Positions 38,857 through 52,496 of a DNA stretch of 64,000 bases are shown here, in pieces; positions within the stretch are counted from its first letter, which is position 1, and the number at the start of each line of letters is the position of its first letter. Made by a program: the position numbers and the translations under genes. The stretch covers positions 22,754,001 to 22,818,000 of the forward strand of contig NC_043021.1 of NCBI RefSeq assembly GCF_006345805.1, given 5' to 3'. The notes beneath the pieces are model-generated. The model was not told the DNA's origin and ran no database searches. It was given only the letters and a program-made list of their open reading frames with translations. This DNA comes from Octopus sinensis. Taxonomy: Eukaryota.

Positions 38857-39498
38857 TACATATGTATGAGTGTGTAAATGTATATGCGTTCGCTTTCAAT
38901 ACCACTGAATATCTACCGAAGCAAACAACACTTTCTATAATCTATGCGCAGACCTAAAGGTTTGAGTATCCCGGTGTGTTTATGTGCGAGTGTAACTATA
39001 TGTGTGTGTATGCGTGAACGCGTGTTCTGTTGCTGAACAACACCTTAATATCAAAATCGTAGTGGGTTTTGCGATTAAGCCAGATGGTGCATTTCACAGC
39101 TGTGGTCATTCACGTAAATGAATTAACCTGTCACATTAAATGCCAGCCGGGAATAATTTCTATGAAACCGGGTATGTAATAATTTTATGCACATAAAGCA
39201 ACGGCCAAAGGACCTTGCTTGATTTACAAACAATAATTCAAATTGCTCTATTCTCATATGTAACGTTCCGTTGCTGCAATGTGTTTATCCTTTAAATATC
39301 ATACTGGTCATTCTGTTCCCGACTGATTAGGTAATTGAAATATTCTGATACTTGAAGCTGGATGGTTTCAATTAGAGCTAACTTTCCAAATTATCTCATA
39401 CACTCATTTCCCGGCAACTCTTTGCGGACTTTAATAACTCTAAAGTTCAGATATAGTATTGAACAGCCAATGTTTAACTATCTAGTGAACATATGGAT

Positions 39499-39945
39499 AT
39501 GTGGTGAGCTAGCAAAATCGTAAGGATGCCGGACGATATGCTTCGCGGTTTTTCGTCCGTCTTTACGTTCTCAATTCAAATTCCGTTGCGGTTGACTTGG
39601 CCTTTTTTCCTTTCGTTTTTGCTAAATTAAGTACCTCTTAAGCACTGGGATTGATGCAATTGTCTAGACCAGTGCTTTTCAACCTTTTTGCTTAAGCGGA
39701 ACCCCAAGAAAACATTTCACTGGCTCGAGGAACCCCTGTGCAATAATTTTATTGTCTTATGCACACATATCTGCACAGGAAAATTAAAAATTACTATCGA
39801 TTTTAGCATTTTTGTAACATCTTGCGGAACCCCTGGACTGTATGGCGGAACCCTAAGGTTCTACGGAACCCTGGTTGAAAACCACTGGTCTAGACACTTC
39901 CACCAAAATTTCAGGCCCGGCATCTGTACTTGATAGAAAAAATAT
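39499..39945 (+). mobile_element. SINE family B variant interrupted by a hAT MITE
   Basis: Head gtggtgagctagcaaaatcg, core ttcctttcgtttttgctaaattaagtacc; tail ccaaaatttcaggccc resumes after the MITE. Confidence 0.7.
39670..39887. mobile_element. hAT-superfamily MITE (218 bp)
   Basis: TIRs cagtgcttttcaacc / ggttgaaaaccactg; exact 8-bp TSD GTCTAGAC at 39662-39669 and 39888-39895 (NTCTAGAN target typical of Charlie/SPIN-type hATs). Confidence 0.95.
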
Positions 39946-40154
39946 ACAACCAGTTTATCAAAGACTGTGTTTGTATCACAATTCAGTAATATTTCTATAT
40001 TAATTCAATTGATTTTAGCCACCCTGCAGAAATCCCTGTTGTGGGATGTGAGTAAATTGAGATTATGTACGCGAAATGGGACTAAAACTGAAATATTGTA
40101 ATATAATAAAAGACAAGAAAGGATTTAGCATCATGCATGCACAATTACAGAGAT

Positions 40155-40168
40155 CATAGTAGTAGTAA

Positions 40169-40227
<59 letters not shown>

Positions 40228-40297
40228 AGTAAGTAAGAATAACAAAAAACAAAAATAATAATAGCAACAACAACAACAACAAGAATAATACTGATAC

Positions 40298-40348
<51 letters not shown>

Positions 40349-40350
40349 TA
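40155..40350. repeat. (AGT)n + (AAC)n + (AAT)n microsatellites
   Basis: Direct inspection. Confidence 0.95.
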
Positions 40351-40444
40351 ATATGGATTTCTTCTACCAACTTAATAATCTTTGCAACCGTCTGAATAAT
40401 TTTTACAAGCAATTTAATAATGCTTGCAAGGAATTAAACCATAA

Positions 40445-41150
40445 AAATTTATATGAAAAGAATTGTAAATAAATTTATTCAAGAATTATTTCTCGCTTTG
40501 CAGAACGTGTTAGATACCCAACATTTTCCTGTTAAATGCCACAGTTTTCTGCTACCATTTCCCAACTAAACTTATTTTCAATAAATTCCCTAAGACTTAT
40601 TTTCAAGAAGTTCATTAATAGCACCTCCCCTTATCTCCAAATTCTTCCAAGCATCTATTGGGTTTATGAGAAAAGGGGAATAAGGTAGAACATATCTAAT
40701 GTTATAGGTAGCTGCCCCCCCAAATCAACAGACTGCCCCCTATAGTGGTGAATTCCGGTACTACCGATAAAAAATACTGGATTTCTTATGCCGTTTTCAA
40801 AAGAAGCTGCCTTTAACTCCCGGAGAGGTTTCTTAATACCTTCACCATTTACTGCCCTGTCATGGATTTTTGTGGTCATATCATACCAAATTTATTCATA
40901 GCCACAACAACAGAAATGTTTCTGCTTCGCGCAGCAGGTACAGATGCATATGCTGATTGCCCAGTCTTATTACGACCTCTGTTTGGTTTTGTTACCACCG
41001 AAAATCTTGCTTCATCTAAAAACGACAAAGCTCTTACCAGCGTTTTCCGCTTCAATATTCCGATAAGCAGTGGTATATGCCTCGCTGAGTTCAATTATGC
41101 TTTGACAATTTCTTCGCTCAGGATCGAGCATGGCACTTTTTAAAGTATAA
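40445..41150 (-). pseudogene. Degenerate Tc1/IS630-type (DDE_3-like) transposase
   Basis: Frameshifted PERRNCQSIIEL..; FLDEARFSVVTKPNRGR..; ARSRNISVVVAMNKFGMI; NPVFFIGSTGIHHYRG; YSPFLINPI..WKNL.IRGGA. Confidence 0.85.
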
Positions 41151-41280
41151 TGAATCTGACAAAGGTTTTTATTGATAGTACGTATTGATACGTGAATACA
41201 GAACCTTTCCAAGAACCAATTAGAAATACTTTTGAGAGAGTTAGTACAAAGATTTTTTTATGAGAGTAGAATAGATGTAA

Positions 41281-41357
<77 letters not shown>

Positions 41358-41603
41358 AACATTATTATTTCTAAAACTCTCAAAGAGAAGTATCTAGTAA
41401 CAGTAAGTTAAAGCAAAGATTGTTTGCCTACATAATGTGGAAGTCTGGGATGGGACGATTGTTATTGTTGTTTTAGCCCTAGAAACGGCCTTTCCAGTTG
41501 GCTATACGACAGACTATACGTGTCCTGCTATATTTCCTGGAGCTAAACAGTAGTAACAATCGAACCATTTAGGACTGCCACAGTATGTTGGCAAATAGTC
41601 TTC

Positions 41604-41637
<34 letters not shown>

Positions 41638-41759
41638 ATTTATATATATATATGTATATGTACATATATATATATATATTCCTTTGTGTATAAATTCATG
41701 TATATATATATATATATAATATGTTTATATATATATATATATGTATGTATGTATGTACG

Positions 41760-41802
<43 letters not shown>

Positions 41803-42664
41803 CTTTGCGTATAAATAAAGGTATATATAATTTATATACGTGTTTATATATATATGTATATATAATATATATATTATATATACACATGTATGTATTTTTT
41901 ATACAATAAAAAATTCAGCACTATATCTATATATCTATTCTACTCTCATAAAAAATCTTTGATATACGATGAGGTTTGACATGCGACGCAAACAGTAAAT
42001 ACAAGATAAAGATAAGAAAAAAACAAAGAAAAATAACTATAGTAAAAAAAAACACATTTTACGTTGCTACTAGTGAGATTTGAAATCAGAAAGTTAAAGG
42101 GACGTAACTAAATAGCGTTATGCATTTAGTTCTGCATGCTGTACATACTTATGCCACTCCACTACTCTTATTATATATTCCGAAATGTAATATTGGGTTT
42201 GTGCCAAGTCGAAGTATATATATTGTATGTATAAAAAGAAAACTTAAACCACAAAATTTATATACGGTTCGTTGGTCTGGTTGCTTCTATTTGATTTTCT
42301 CTTTCCTCTATTCGAAGAGTGCACGTCTGTATATCTTCCCACATTTCATGCGAATACGAAAAACAGCAGAAAACTCCCAACAAAAACAAAAACATATGAA
42401 ACCATATAGAAACAAAGAAAGAAAGCAATAAACAAACAAATCAAAGCAAATAAAAGGAAATATGTAGATAAACATATAGCAGTCTATATTAAAGACAATA
42501 GGCTTTATTTGACTATATGATAATCGATTGAATCACGCATGATAGAAGAAAGAAAACCGGTTGGTGCACGCGCTGAGAACAGCACAAATCTAGTCATGAC
42601 AAATACATATATGTGTGTGTAAGTGTTTTTATGTGAGTGTGTGTATTATATATACTCATTTATG

Positions 42665-42713
<49 letters not shown>

Positions 42714-43619
42714 GTGCGTGTGTATATAGCATATATGTTATATATATATATATATATATAATATATATATATATAATATAAGTGAATATATATATATTAT
42801 ATATATATAAGTATATGTGTATATATACACCCGGAGAGGGAGATGGAGAGAGGGAAACTGAGAGTGTGATAGTGAGTGAATAGTGATAAATCGATAGATA
42901 AATATATATATATACATTTATATACATATATACATATATATATATATATACATATATATATATGTATGTATTATATATATATATGAATGTATATATACAT
43001 GTGTATATATATATATATATATTATATATATATATATATTTAAATAATATATATATATCTTTATTTGTGCATGAATATATCCCCATGCAGATATATATAT
43101 TGGTCATCCCTAAAATTTGATAGCTTCTTCTACATCATAATTATTATATACTTTCATCATTTTAGGCATAACATGTGCTTGTTGTTGCAGTTGTGTATGT
43201 GTGTATGTGTTTGTTGTTTGTGTGTGTGTGTGCGTGTGTGTGTGTTTGTGGACTATGAGCACATTTTCTTCAAATATCCCACAATATTACGTTCGTATCT
43301 ACCTAGGAGTTTTGATATGTCCATAAGGTGCTGATATGCATGACAAAATCAAAGACGTTTGTAAAATTCAGTAAAATTTAATCGCAATTCACTTATACAT
43401 ATGCATGTGTGTTTGTGTCATATATGTGTACCTGTATGTGAGTGTGAGTGAGTACGCATGTTACGGTGTGTGTATATTTGGCTCAAAATTGCTCGCTTTG
43501 TGCATAACTCGGGAAAATTTATGTTGCATTGATATTAGAGATTTTGTTTTGTTAAAATGGACAAGGGTGTCGGGCAAGTTGCCTTGCAAGGTCTTTTAAC
43601 TTTAGCTAATATTCTGAAT

Positions 43620-44240
43620 TTACTGAGATGACGAAGGAGATTCTGGGAACCGGTGAAAATGTCTTTAACAGGTCGGACAAATTATATTCATTGAGAAGTA
43701 TGTAGCGACCAACCAGAATGACAAGATGCTGGTCACGAGGTCGGATGCTTTTTTCGAAGACACCAGCAATGTATTTCAACGAATGAACCCCGCTGGAGTG
43801 ATGGTTTGCTCGACAGTGTCATCCAGTGGTGGAAAATCTCCTCTGGAGTTTATTAAAGAGGAGACAATGCTGGCAGATAATACTTTGCACTGTGTGACCG
43901 AAGTATTTAGAGATAATTACGTGTTCAGGACAAGACAGTGGTCCTTCTCAAACGTCCAATGTGACACAGCAGTGGTTGAGCAACGATATTTGTGGGTTCT
44001 AGGACAATAATGCATGTCACCCTCTCCATCACCTCGGACGTCAACCATATGGACTTCGCTATTTGGTTCATCCTAGAAAGTCACGTTTGAAAAGATTTCT
44101 GCAAAACTATAACAGCTCTCAAGAAAGCCTTCGTCGCGGCATGGGATCGTTTAAGGGACGAAATCGTCCAGTGTTCGTGTGACTCTGTTCTCAGCTGTCT
44201 TCGAGTTCTTGTGAATGCTAAAGACGGACATATTCAATGA
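43620..44240 (+). pseudogene. Degenerate DD37D (maT-type) Tc1/mariner transposase, catalytic domain
   Basis: NQND..; PAGVMV...SSGGKSPL.FI; YVF-QDSGPSQTSNVTQQW; SDVNHMDFAIW.ILES; ALKKAFVAAWD...VNAKDGHIQ*. Restoring the frameshifts gives 37 residues between the second and third Asp. Confidence 0.85.
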
Positions 44241-44299
44241 AACTTATCTTAACATGTTACGTGACCTTTATAAGCTGTCTTAATCAAATTCATTTAATA

Positions 44300-44434
44300 C
44301 AGTATACCTCGGTTTACGAACGACCCTGATAACGAATAAATCGTGCTTTATACACACACACACCTATATATATATATATATATATGGCATGAGTTATTCG
44401 CAAACAGAGTTGTCCAAAAACCGAGGTGTTACTG
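44300..44434. mobile_element. pogo/Tigger-type MITE (135 bp)
   Basis: TIRs cagtatacctcggttt / aaaccgaggtgttactg, TA on both sides, (CA)(TA) centre. Confidence 0.8.
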
Positions 44435-45579
44435 TATATATATGTAAGTATATGAGTGTGTGTATATGTATATATGTGTGTGAGGATGTATATGTCTGTA
44501 AGCATGTATAGTTAATATCTTATGTATTTGCAAATTCTGCAAAGAACAGGAACGAATTCTTATTTCGGATAGTGGAACCAGGCGCAAAGAATGCTAAAAT
44601 TAATATATATATATATATATATATCAAATGGCAAACAGACACCTATATAATAAATTCACCTAATAATCTTACCCAGTTAACCACTCTCATCGTCTTTTAC
44701 ATTTCTGTCATGAAGAGTTTTTGTTTTTATTACACCAACGATACAATAGTGAATATTTACTTTGTTGGCGGGAAACGAAATCGAACCAAGAACCATACAG
44801 TTGCAAAGCGAAATTTTTAATATGTGGAAAAATGTCGGCCTCGTTTCTTCCTTAACACCCGTAATTTTAACGAAAATGTTTACGCAACATTCTGAACACA
44901 TTGCGCATTGAAATGGTTGATTGAAATTTTGCTGGTTGAGCATAATAACATTTTATTTCTACTCCGTAAATAGATTTAAATGTTCTTGTCTAGAAAGAGA
45001 AATTGTAATGCATGCAGGAGAGCGCCTAGTCATGATTTACAAGTTTCAGAAATGTGTACCGTATTCATTCGCTTATGGCAACACTGATCTAATTCAATGG
45101 TCGATTTTCGATAATTTAATCTTATAATGTAGCTTAACTGATGTATCCATTACAATTCCGCTTTTCTTTTATTTTATTATTACATCGCTTTAGATAGTAT
45201 ATTTTCAAACATAAAACTAACTTCCTCGTCCTAAAATCTCATAATTAGTTTAGCAGTTTCAACAGAGACATGGTAACAGGTACACGACGAAGCTGTATGC
45301 AAATAACCTGAAAGTAAAGTTTACACATATGTTCTCCGACAAAGTAATTTTCATATTACCACCGAACCACCACTAACAACAACTAAGCCAATGACGCTCC
45401 ACAGGAGGTGGTTTTGTGGTCGCTCGACTTGTTAAAAACGACAGCTAAGATTTGCTTCAATGACAACCCGCCGAGTTTTAGACATGTTAAACGATACATT
45501 GGGAAATGTAGTCAAGATGCAATACTGTGGATTGATCACAGATGGAAAGGTTTTGATCATAGGTTCGATCTGACACGAT

Positions 45580-46101
45580 TGATATACATTACGAACGCCT
45601 CTGATAACGAATAAATCCCGCTTTATATATGTATATATATATAGCAAAGTGGAGGCGCAATGACCCAGTGGTTAGGGCAGCGGACTCGCGGTCATAGGAT
45701 CGCGGTTTCGATTCCCAGACCGGGAGTTGTGAGTGTCTATTGAGCGAAAACACCTAAAAGCTCCACGAGGCTCCGCCAGGGGATGGTGGTGATCCCTGCT
45801 GTACTCTTTCACCACAACTTTCTCTCACTCTTACTTCCTGTTTCTGCTGTACCTGTATTTCAAGGGGCCGGCCGTGTCACTCTCTGTGTCACGCTGAATA
45901 TCCCTGAGAACTACATTAAGGGTGCACGTGTCTGTGGAGTGCTCAGCCACTTACACGTTAATTTCACGAGCAGGCTGTTCCGTTGATTCGGATCAACCGG
46001 AACCCTCATCGTCGTAACCGACGGAGTGCTAAAAGAAAAAAAAAAGATATATAGCATGAGTTATTCGCAAACAGAGTTGTTCCAAAACCAAGGTGCTACT
46101 G
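45580..46101. mobile_element. Second copy of the pogo-type MITE, split by a family A SINE
   Basis: ctgataacgaataaatc..gcttta on the left and gcatgagttattcgcaaacagagttgt..aaaccaaggtgctactg on the right match 44300-44434. Confidence 0.85.
45647..46046 (+). mobile_element. SINE family A, young full-length copy
   Basis: A-box-like tgacccagtggttagg, B-box ggtttcgattccc, A-rich tail, exact 10-bp TSD ATATATAGCA (45637-45646 / 46047-46056). Confidence 0.95.
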
Positions 46102-46552
46102 TATATATATGTACGTATATCAGTGTGTGTATAACACTAACCCTAACCCTAACCTATCGCCACACTAAGCCAAAAGGGACGGGATGTTTTGCAGGTCCTT
46201 TGAAGTAAATTCCCATGAAAATGCATTTCTACGAGTATCATAGAAATATAAAGATACATTGAATGTTGTAATCCAGTGTATACTAAGTCTTATACATGAT
46301 GTATTGAAGTTGTTCATGTGCTTCCTGGATAACAGGTTAACCTGGCGGGTTACAGCTACAATGAAGATTTAGATAGGTTTCATCTAGCTAGATTGTCTAA
46401 TGAAGTCTAGAGAGGCATCGAGTTTGTGTGAAAAAGTGAGATAGATTAACTAGATAATTTGATGGATAGATAGATACACGCAGAGGTATCTATCTATGTA
46501 TCTATATCTATCTGTCTATATATATACGTATATATATATATATATATATATA

Positions 46553-46613
<61 letters not shown>

Positions 46614-46836
46614 GTATGTATATATATATATACCTAGGTTTTATATCAGACGATCATTAACAAGTTTGCAAAAGCAAAGGAAATTTGGGAAGAAAAAGTA
46701 TAAATAACAAATGAATGGAAATGGAACCGGTGAGTGTGTTAGAAAAGAAGACATATGTCTCTCCCCAGACAGAATATTATATATTATATATATATTTAAA
46801 AAAGGAAATGTGGAACACGAGTTGTGATATATAAAA

Positions 46837-47000
46837 AAAGGAAATGAAGAAAATGCTGACAAGATAATTTAAGTAAGGGAGAGTGTATTTACTTAGGTGA
46901 AAGTTCTTTTTACCGGTTGCGCAACCGGTAAAAAGAACTTTCACCTAATTAAATACACTCTCCCTTACTTAAATTATTTTGTCAGCATTTTCTTCATTTC

Positions 47001-47004
<4 letters not shown>
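46837..47004. repeat. 168-bp spacerless palindrome (84-bp arms, 2 mismatches)
   Basis: Centre ...taccggttgc|gcaaccggta... at 46920/46921; flanked by (TA)n. Confidence 0.95.
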
Positions 47005-47063
<59 letters not shown>

Positions 47064-47168
47064 TAAAAATTATATTCACCGATCTAATATTGAACTATTA
47101 TTTGTGAAATTACAATTTCGATATAAATATTGTGCGCATGCTAAATGATGTGTGTGCGGAGGGGGTTG

Positions 47169-47221
<53 letters not shown>

Positions 47222-49182
47222 ATGTCTACGAATGTTTCGTAGAAAAACTCGTATGTGCTTTTGAGTGAGTGATGATTTCGTTATCAGTTCTCTTGCGAAC
47301 TACATATCTGTCTACCTAAATCAGCCTTGCCTGAAATTCCAATAGGTTAGGTCCCTTTGCTATGCATCGAAGTACACTCACCTAAACACATACGTAGTCT
47401 TTAACAAACGAAACCACCTAATATCGATCTTCATACCTTCCATATTTTTTCCTCATTTTTTTTTCCATAATTTTATTTTTTTGTATTCATTCATTTATTT
47501 CTCCTATTCTTTATTTTGCTCATGTTTTATTCATTTAGCCACAACGGGATGATCGGCTGCATCTCTAGAAAATGAATCTTTATGATAAACTTTGTTTTTA
47601 TATTATTTAACCTTTTATTTAAAAAAAAAACGTTTTCTGCACCAAGTCTCTGGTATTATTATTACTATTATTTTTTTCTGAATTTGAATCTCCATATATA
47701 GCGATTCGAACATTTTCTAGAGCAAAGTCTGCCAAATACAGTTATTGCCCGTGACTATATAGTGAAACTATTTGTTAGTAAAAACAGTGTTTTAACATGT
47801 CGTGTAATGTTGCGTAGTATAATTTGTTTGTTACCATGTTACACCACAATTAAGTGAGTATATATACATATATATACACATATACATATGTGTGTTGGTA
47901 TGTGTTTCTTTGTATGTATGTATGCCTATGTATGTATGCATGTATGTATAATCGCGAGTGCTCGTATGCGTATATATTTGTAATATATTTATTTATTTAT
48001 TCAGTGTGTATACGCAAATCAGTATGACGTGGCACTAAAATCGAACTGAGTGTTGCTAATTAGAACCCATTTAATTATCTCAACATGCACCACTGTTCAT
48101 TGAATGTATAGGATGTATCGATTGCGAAGTATTTACTAGGAATCGAACCGTGGAACCGTACATCTTAGCAAAGCTGTATGCGAGTGACTATCATGAATTT
48201 GATACTAATAAAACAAGACTGATATTTGAGAGACCAAGTGTGAAGCTCTGCACATCGCGCTAACTCTAGACTTGTATTATTAGCTTCCTTTGGTACCAGT
48301 AATATACGTGGTTTGATACAAGCTATTAATCAAGAAGCTTCGCGTCAAACGTTTTTCTTGGTGAATTGTAAGTAACTATTCCAACGAATTAGACGCCAGA
48401 ATGGCGACTTTATAAATCCTCTTGGAATTTTGGGAATAATCAATCAAAACCGAATTATGATAAATAAAGAGAAAGTATATCGATAGTATCAAGAAATCTT
48501 AGCGTTCATATTAAATAGACACATAGACATTGAATGGTATCAAAGTGGGATATTAGTGTAATACCGCTGGGTATGTCGTCTCCAGAATTTATTGACATTG
48601 ATCAGACAATTTAACAAAGTGATATGAAAGTAAAACAGTTCCGAATTGTCCAGTACGAAGGACGACATTTAAATATTTTCATAATGGTAAATTGTGCTTT
48701 ACTACTGGGACCATAGGTGTTTAAACTATAATGTATTCAGTTTTTGTTGAAGTCTTTGCAGAATTAAATCATCTCTATGCTGATATTCTGCAGAAATGTT
48801 TTTGTTGGAAATATATTTTTCACGCGCAAACTTTAGTGCAGTATTTTACACATAAATCATACTAATAAGAGAATGAGAGACGGAAATCAAGTCTTCAGAA
48901 TTCTGTTACATTGTCACATTCTCTTGTTATAGTTTTTTATTTGCAATTCAAACGAACACTTGTTACTATAACTGTTAAATCACTGCTGGCTGATGACGCA
49001 CATTCTGTTCTTCAATTAACTGAAGTACATCTGTCTGAATAATCATGGTTGAATAATACACAGATATGTGTAACCTTACTGCGCTTCTTTGAGAAACTAT
49101 CTGTGACACAGATTGAGACAAGCTTGAATGAACTACCGTATTGTACAACATAAAAAAATGACGCAGTTAATGTTAGAATGTT

Positions 49183-49781
49183 TATTTTTTATTGCCCACA
49201 GGGGGCTAAACATAGAGAGGATAAGCAAGGACAGAGACAAAGGGAAGTCGATTACATCGACGCCAGTGCGTAACTGGTACTAATTTAATCGACCCCGAAA
49301 GGATGAAAGGCAAAATCAACCTCGGCGGAATTTCAACTCAAAACGTAACGGCAGATGAAATACCTATTTCTTTACTACCCACAAAGGGCTAAACACACAG
49401 GGGAGGAACAAGGACAGACAAACGGATCAAGTCGATTACATCAACCCCAGTGCGTGACTGGTACTTAATTTAATCGACCCCGAAAGGATGAAAGGCAAAA
49501 TCAAACTCGGCGGAATTTGAACTAAGAACGTAACGGCAGATGAAATACCTATTTCTTTATTACCCACAAAGGGCTAAACACAGAGGGGAAAAACAAGGAC
49601 AGACAAACGGATCAAATCGATTACATCGACCCCAGTGCGTGACTGGTACTTAATTTATCGACCCCGGAAGGATGAAAAGCAAAGTCGACCTCGGCGGAAC
49701 TTGAACTCAGAACGTAGCGGCAGACGAAACTCCGCTAAGCATTTCGCCCGGTGTGCTAACGTTTCTGCTGTTCAGCGCCGT
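49183..49781 (-). mobile_element. SINE family B tandem trimer
   Basis: One head near 49781; units 49550-49781, 49365-49549 and 49183-49364 are joined at gaaatacc|tatttc; degenerate TSD taatgttagaatgtt / tagtgttagaacatt. Confidence 0.95.
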
Positions 49782-51547
49782 TGTATTAGTGTTAGAACAT
49801 TGTGTAAACATCCAAGCATCGTTACTTTCTTTCCAATTCCTACTACATTGTTTTAAACATACCAAGCCTCCTATTTCGATCGTTAAACCATATAAAATTT
49901 CTTCATATTTTTCAAACTTTAAATGTATTAGTTTTCTATCTGATTTATGTCGGTGTATTTGTCAAATTAGGATTTTGGGGTTCAAATGTTCATCAGAAAC
50001 GATGTACGCATCATCTCTTTGACCTTGTATACAATGTCCGTCGACTCAGTGACCTGGTATTGTCAAGAACGACACTATATAAAATAGTACTTGTCAAGAT
50101 TCCACTCAACAGATCTCGAACCCGTGAATTCATACATGTGGAAAGAACGTCTTAAACATTCGACTATCATGATGTGAATAACATGTATCAAAACAGAAAA
50201 CACAACCATTCATCCTCGTACTAATGATAAATATTAGATTCGACCTTTAGTTTATTTCGAAGCAATTTCCTTCAAAGATGTAAGAGAAAAATAAACTGTA
50301 AGGTATAATTGTATTTGAAATAATGCAGATGGTGTAAAATAAATCTATATTGTTATTAAGGTGGAATAAAAAATAAACCAACGTGATTTGTAACTGAATT
50401 TGTACGTCATGGACACATATTAGTCACTATAACACAACAACAAATCTATCTATCTATCTGTCTATCTTCCTCTCTCTCTATATATATAGTGTGTGCCTCT
50501 ATATATATATGTATGTTTCTATGTATGTATGTGTGTATGTATGAATGTATATATGTATGTATATTCGTTCTTTAGTATTTTTTATTTCGTGTTGTGTTCT
50601 TAAATCAAAATCATATCTGAGAGCGGAATTCGAAATGGAGAAGAGATGAAAAAAAATATATAAAATGAGAAAAGAAAAAGGTAAATTTAATTATAGTCGG
50701 CATAATGAATAAAACAAACATGTCGAAGGATATGAGGTATGGCGTATATAATGAATTAGATTCTTTGAGACAGAAGACAAAATAAAATGTTCTGTTGGTG
50801 GCCATGATGATGTTGTATGATGATGAGGATGACGTCGAAGAAGACTTTGATGATGATGGCGGTGGTGGTGGTGGTGGTGACGATGAAGAGGATGATGATG
50901 GTGGTGTTGGTGGTGGTGGTGATAGTGAGGATAATGATGATGATCATGCGGCTGATAACGATTAAGATGTACGTAACCTATTTTGGACTACTATCCAGTA
51001 AGTATAACTGTTCAAAATCCCAATGAATTCACATTACAGAATAAAAAAAAATTCTAAAACAAATAAATAAAAATGCATCTATTTGTTTGTGATGAGGCTT
51101 TCGAATATGATGAACTTCATGAAGATATTGACGTGTATGAAGAAAATACCGAGAAAAGTATCAAAAACATTATAATTACTATAAATAGTAATTATTATTT
51201 GTGTTAACTTTTTTTCAGAAACAGTTTAAATTTTAATGAAGCATCATAGACGAAGCAATCTACACGTTTATTGCTTCGACAAAGAAGCAGTAAATGGTAC
51301 TATTTTCCGCCTCACTAACAGGTTTGCCCTTCTCTGACATAAAATAATAATCACTTATAGTTAATATATTGGTTTCCGAAGTCACGTTTCGCAATTTATA
51401 TTGATATTAGATATTATACATAATTTATATCTATACTTCATAATCGTCACGCACAGATAATATAATAGGCTGCAGAGATATGTATACTTATTTTCCGAAC
51501 AATTAGTCAGAATTTTCATCGTGTGCTTTATAGCATTTTCATCGGTA

Positions 51548-51730
51548 GCCTTATTACCTCCACCTTAGCGAAGGCAGAGGTGTTGTTTTCAATCGTGCTG
51601 GTTTCCTTGTTTGTCTGTGGACAAGATATCTCAAGAACTGCTGAATGGATTCAGACGAAACTTTCAGGGATGTTTGGCTTCCTGACCGGCCCAAACAGTT
51701 TAATTATTTATTCTCTGATTGGGAAACTCG
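51548..51730 (+). mobile_element. Helentron-associated non-autonomous element (HINE/DINE-like), partial
   Basis: ttattacctccaccttagcgaaggcagagg hairpin-like 5' end, then gtttgtctgt.. and gatatctcaagaactgctgaatggatt..gaaacttt, typical of this class; recognition only. Confidence 0.5.
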
Positions 51731-51983
51731 AGTATACGATTAACTAATAATAATTGTTTTTATTCGAGTGGCATTATTGGCGTGCCTTTATAATTATTGC
51801 TTTGTGGTTTACGTTTAACTGCCCTTTTTAGCATATAAGGAGTCCTGTCAAGCGTCATTCTCTATGTATATAAATATTTATACACTCTTATATACGAAAA
51901 TATGTTGTCTTATGACTGTCATTACGCATACAAACCACTTGTGACAAATTATTTAAATTTTTACCCTTACAATTTACACACAG

Positions 51984-52027
<44 letters not shown>

Positions 52028-52084
52028 GTATTTGTCTGTGTGTATGGCGTGCGTGTGTATGTTTGTGTGTGTATCTATGTGTAT

Positions 52085-52297
52085 TGTGTTTCTTTGTGTC
52101 AATGTTTCCCCGTATCACCGTTTTACGGTCGGTGTTGGTGCGTTTACGTCCCCGTAACCTAGCGGCCGAACGTAAGGCGTCGTTAGACTAAGTACAAGGT
52201 TTAAGAAATAAGTCCTGGGTTCGATTTGTACCACTACAATCCTTCTAGGCGTTACTCTAGCATGGGCTGTAATCGAAGAACTGAAACAAGTCAAATT
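52085..52297 (+). mobile_element. SINE family C 3' half
   Basis: tttacgtccccgtaacctagcgg...aataagtcctgggttcgattt...actgaaacaagt. Confidence 0.8.
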
Positions 52298-52446
52298 CTA
52301 AATGTGTGTCTGTGTGTGAGTGTATGTATATTTTGCGGGGAAGACGTGTGACGTAGTAGTCAAAGTATTCATCAACGCTAACGTTGGAACAGCCGTTCCA
52401 GGATCTTCCGTAGAGAAATAACAACATATTCATCTTTCGCTTGCTC

Positions 52447-52496
<50 letters not shown>

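Noticed and set aside
45647-45725. tRNA gene calls for the A/B-box segments here and at 54828, 56319 and 24600
   Set aside because: Each continues into a several-hundred-bp repeated body, usually with TSDs; they are SINE heads, not cloverleaf tRNAs.
46137-46154. (CCCTAA)3 telomere-like repeat
   Set aside because: Only about three units; such short tracts are common inside transposon remnants.
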